Positions 59,569-64,000 of a stretch of 64,000 bases of DNA are shown one piece after another. The DNA is from Squalus acanthias (taxonomy: Eukaryota), in contig CM059432.1 of the NCBI GenBank assembly GCA_030390025.1, positions 54,190,001 through 54,254,000 on the forward strand, in the 5' to 3' direction. Position 1 is the first letter of the stretch. Each line of letters starts with the position of its first letter. The position numbers and the translations under genes were made by a program. The notes under the pieces were generated by a model. That model saw only the letters and a list, made by a program, of their open reading frames with translations, did no database searches and was not told the DNA's origin.

Positions 59569-59879
59569 ATGTTATTTTCACCAGATTCGTCCCCCCTCAC
59601 CCCTACCGCCCCCCCCCGCCCCCCACCCCCGTCTTACCAGTTTAAAGTCCTATTGACAGCCCTATTTATCCTTCACGCTAGGACACTGGTCCCACTCCGG
59701 GGATATTATCAAATATTTTTGTGCCAAAGCACTCAGCTTGTATTTTAGAATTAGCAATGGCACCTAAATTTGTAACAGTCTTTGACTACATAAATCCTTA
59801 ATTACACTTCAGGCACATTACTATGCTAAACCTAATCCCGGAGCCAGAGAGGAATGACTTCTGTAATTAAATAAATAAA

Positions 59880-60270
59880 CAATACTTGCATTTATATAGA
59901 ATAGAAATATTTCAAAGCTCTTCATGCAATGATTTACTTCTAGAGTGCTTTGACTGTTGTTAACTATGTTTTCCTGCACCAACAGCCCACAAACAGCGAT
60001 AAGATGAATAGCCAATTATCCTATTGTTTTTGCTGGTATTGGTTGAGGGAGGAATATTGGCCAGGATACTGAGGGAACAGCCGGCTCTTCCTGAAATAGT
60101 ACCATGGGATCTTTACTGTCTGCCTGAACCAGTAGAACAAGCAGACGAGAACTCCAACAATCCAGCATTCCCTTCGTACTGAGCTGGCATATCAGCCTAG
60201 ATAATGCCTCAACATCCTGGATGGGGCTCAAACCCACAGCCTTCTAACAAAGAGGCAAGAGTGCTAACAT
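59880..60270 (-). mobile_element. Decayed Deu-domain SINE
   Basis: Collinear with 35095-35547 (GGTTGAGGGA..AATATTGGCCAGGA.ACTG, CATGGGATCTTT, CAGCCTAGAT, AAACCCACAGCCTTCT). Confidence 0.7.
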
Positions 60271-60947
60271 GTCTTCTCAATCCTTCCCTTTGTCTTTTAG
60301 TATTTCATATTAAAGAGCCAATTTCCTATTCAAAAAAGATAAATGTCTCGGAAGGGTAAATTCTATAATTCAGTACTCCTGCTGTAGAGCTTCACGTGAC
60401 AGGAAGTTATATCTGGAATTCAGGCATGGAAGGCCTAGTTCCCCAAATGACTAACAACCATTAATTTTAATGTCTGTCATTGACCTCTGTGCCTGAGTTC
60501 CTGACACGTGCAAAGCCTGCACCAAGAGCACTAAATTGTAAAAATGGCCTGATTGTACTGCGATTACTTCACCAGAATGAAGCTTTGCCTGTAGTGTTAA
60601 GGCATTGCCTCTGCAATAGGATTTTTTAAAGCATGTACAATGTAGAGGTCTTTCTAACATCGAAATGAGTAACATTTAAACGGCTCTAAGACCTCATAAA
60701 TGGTCAACCACATAACCTATCCTATACTTCAAAAAACAATTAAGAATGTAATAACAACAACAACTTGCATTTTTCTAGTGACTGTAATATAATAAAATGG
60801 TGCATGGTTTATGATGTAAAAGAGTGCCGACCCTGAGCAGTACTAGGAATTAGGAGAGAGAATGAAAGCACGTTCAAAGGCATTTTGAGGGAAGTAGCAA
60901 GAAATGAGGGAGCTTCCAAGAGTGGAATCATAGTGACTGAAGACTCT

Positions 60948-61490
60948 GGAGGGAATTTTAATCAGCCAACCCACTGCCAGGAGGCGGGCCATCTATTTAA
61001 ATATTATAATGAGGCTGGAAGCCTCTTCTTTAACCTCCATTTTGTCTTTAACTGTAGCTGGTCGGGTTTTCCACACCTCATAAAACTTGCCGGCTACAGC
61101 AAGGCGGAGACTGCTGCATCCAGGAGGTAAGTGCCTTTACACCTACCTCCTGGATCCAGGGTCCCTGCCTAACCCACCCCCCCCCCCCGTGATCGGAGAC
61201 TCCCCCAGGCCTCTGATTCCCCACAAGGCATCCCCCGCTCCCAGGCCTTCGATCACTCCCCCCCAATCATGCCACCAATCCCCCCTCCCCCAGGCCTCTG
61301 ATCCGCCACGAGGCCTCCCCGCCCCCAGGCCTCCAATTCCTCCACAAGGCCACCCCCCGCCCCCGCTCCTCCGGCGTTCCTCGTGCTGCTCCCAGCCCCC
61401 AATCGTTTCAGACCCTGCACCCCCGCCCCCCACCTGCGCCTCCGGCCGGCCCATCACCCACAGTCTTCTGGAGACCCCTCCCACCTTCCA
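60948..61490. mobile_element. Left part of a MITE of the 1673-5346 family with C-rich degenerate repeats
   Basis: CAACCCACTGCCAGGA...CTATTTAAATATTATAATGAGGCTGG matches the reconstructed junction of 1673-5346. Confidence 0.55.
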
Positions 61491-62404
61491 CGTGATCATG
61501 ATCTTCTGGATAATCTCATGTAAGATGTATGGTTACTGCAACCGCCACTTTCACTTTGTTTTGTAGTTAGGAAAAAAACAGCAGTAAGTGGATTTTTTTT
61601 AACATCATCCCACAATTAAAAGAAACCTATTTGATCTCTGTTTCCTGTAGGGAATGATGATTTTCTAATACAGTGTAACATTTACTTAGCTTGAAGACAT
61701 GCATCTTAGATTGAATACTTGATTTCTTTATACCTGAATGGCTTAAGAAATCTACAGTCACAAATGAACCACTGTGCAGTGAATAAGCCACAGATTTAGT
61801 AGGGTCTTTCAAGCTTCACTTCCTGTTTGAACCTTCCTATACATTGCAAAAGCAATCCTGGCAAACAGCCACTTTAAGCATTGCTTCACGCTTACTCTGT
61901 AGGTTAAACTTCAAAGAACTTTTGTATAATTGTTCCATGATCCTTGTAAATTTTTCAGTATCATACACTGGTATGGCTTCAGCAGAAAAAGTTACGGTCA
62001 CCGCATAATGGATCACTCAGACTATTGTGAGTAGCTTGCAAAGTTTGTTTATTTGAACAGGACTTAAATTCTGGTGGATTTTCGAACAAAAATGGGAAGA
62101 TATCAAATGGTGAGCAGGTTAGACAGACTGGAATATTTGAGGGCTTAGTGAGCTGTGTGAAATGAAACCTTAAAGAGTTCCAGCTGGATTCCACTCATCA
62201 CTACTGCATCTCAAAATCTCTCAGCATCACTGCAATGGTGAGCATTTTCCAACGGCTTACTGATGGGGGTTAAATGAATTGAGACTGATTAAAAATGCAT
62301 CTTGAGATCACCCTCTGGTTGGGTACTTCCTGTGTATGGTTCCCAATTCCGCTATGCTACATTTTGCATGTTTACTATTTAACAAAGGCTTGGCTTCACA
62401 ATGA

Positions 62405-62772
62405 TGGAGCTACCATCTACAAGATGCACTGTAGCAACTTGCCAAGGCTTCTTCTGGCAGCACCTCCCAAACCTGCGACCTCAACCACCTAGAAGGACAA
62501 GGGCAGCTGGGCGCATGGGAACACCACCACCTCCAAGTTCCCCTCCAAGTCACACACCATCCTGATTTGGAAGTATATCGCCGATCCTTCATCGTCGCTG
62601 GGTCAAAATCCTGGAGATCCCTCCCTAGCAGCACTGTGGGAGTACCTTCACCACATGGACTGCAGTGATTCAAGAAGGTGGCTCACCACTACTTTCTCAA
62701 GGGCAACTAGGGATGGGCAATAAATGCTGGCCTTGCCAGTGAAGCCCACATCCCTTCAACGAATTTTTAAAA
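62405..62772 (+). mobile_element. Family B LINE 3' fragment
   Basis: Near-identical to 57535-57890. Confidence 0.9.
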
Positions 62773-62834
62773 ACCCCTGACAAAATGTGAGTATGATTGG
62801 TAGCCCTGTTTTGTTTTTGCTCTTCAAGCTTTAA

Positions 62835-63427
62835 TCGCGATCTTGTTGAGACCACCCCTGCTCCTCCCGGCCTGCGATCTTTTTGAAACCCCCTCCCCCG
62901 GTCCTCCCGGCCTGCAATTTTGTTGGAACCCCTACCCCACCCCGGGCTGCTCCTGGCCCATGATCCTGTTGAGACCCCCGACCCCCCCCCAAACCCGTGC
63001 TCCTCCGGGCCCGCAATGTTGTTGGGACCCTCCCACCACCTGTGCTGCTCCCGGCCCATGATCCTGTTAAGACAACCCACCCCTCTATGCTCCCCCGGGC
63101 CCGCGATCTTGTTGCGACACCCCCACCACCCGTGCTGTTCCCGGCCCGTGACCTTGTTGAGACCACACCCACTACATGGGCCGGCTGACCCTGGCCCACA
63201 TGCAAACCCTCCCTCCCTTCTCTCTTTAGCCTAGTGCCGCAGGCCTGCCCTCCCGGAGCCAGCCAGCCTCTCAATCTGGCTGGCTGCGGGTGGGAAACAG
63301 AGGCTTCCCATGCAAATCAGGCTCTGCTGTTAAATTCAGCAGGGCCTGATTTCCCGGGCTTCCCGACCTCTTCGGAGTCCCCCCATCCCCTCACTCTCAA
63401 CCCGCCTTTCCCATTAAAATTCAGCCC
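62835..63427. mobile_element. Right part of a MITE with ~40-45-bp degenerate tandem repeats (62840-63170)
   Basis: Repeats of CTCCCGGCCC..GATC.TGTTGAGAC; ends TAAAATTCAGCCC; 63245-63300 resembles 5180-5235. Confidence 0.55.
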
Positions 63428-64000
63428 TCTGTCACTGATTGAGTAGTGGTGGTAAGGGGAGGTATGGTGCATCGGAGGCCAGAATCGGAGGACCAAAGGG
63501 AGCAGGCTAGGATGTAGAGGTGGGGAAGGTTGGAGAAGGATGGTGGGTCAAAACAACTAATGGATTTGTAAGCAAGGAAAATTACATTTTATTCAGTGCT
63601 TTGGAGCAGAGTGAGCACACATCGATAGTGAGCTTAACACCACATTATATTAGAAAGACTACCAAATATGCTCCAGCGAGTTGTGTCCCCTCATTCTGAA
63701 GTTAGAATCCAGCTGAATTGTTCGGGCATAGTAAAGGGAGACTTGACTTGGAAGTGCTTGGTGCTGACTGGGTTTATTTTATTTTTATAGAGGTGAATCC
63801 TTACCTCAGAGTTACATAAAATATACTGCACAGAAACAAGCCATTCGGCCCAACTAGTCCATGCCAGTTGGTGTTCAATCAAGCTTAAGAGGTATTACAC
63901 AAGTGATATTGGAAACACTGCATAATTTCCCAGGCTGCAGAGAGACCTTCAGTCAGTCTATGCCAGTCTTGGGAATTCTTAGTGTGGAGTCTGTGATACC

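Noticed and set aside
61830..62280. Possible host exon(s)
   Set aside because: No convincing paired splice sites and no recognisable protein similarity.

Overview
This is eukaryotic, repeat-dense DNA, most likely intronic or intergenic sequence from a cartilaginous fish. That assignment is inferred from HE1-type V-SINE, SacSINE1/Deu-type SINE and HER1/CR1-type LINE sequences. No host protein-coding gene could be identified with confidence. The centrepiece is a structurally complete PIF/Harbinger DNA transposon (6820-11038) with TAA target duplications and short terminal inverted repeats (TIRs). It carries an intact DDE transposase on the plus strand and a convergent three-exon Myb/SANT-like gene on the minus strand, whose only visible lesion is a 1-nt frameshift, probably in a G7 run. 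Two internally deleted relatives of this element (27694-28574, 51039-51929), many other Harbinger-type MITEs and at least three decayed Myb-gene fossils lie in the same window. Also present: nested CR1 LINEs, including near-full-length copies with esterase-type ORF1; a young Penelope-like insertion forming a ~440-bp inverted repeat with minimal hammerhead ribozyme motifs; a second hammerhead-bearing fragment; a 736-bp solo LTR with a CTAT target-site duplication (TSD); a LINE 5' end with a tRNA-like head; and several tandem repeats. All coordinates were read by eye, and boundaries of decayed repeats are approximate.
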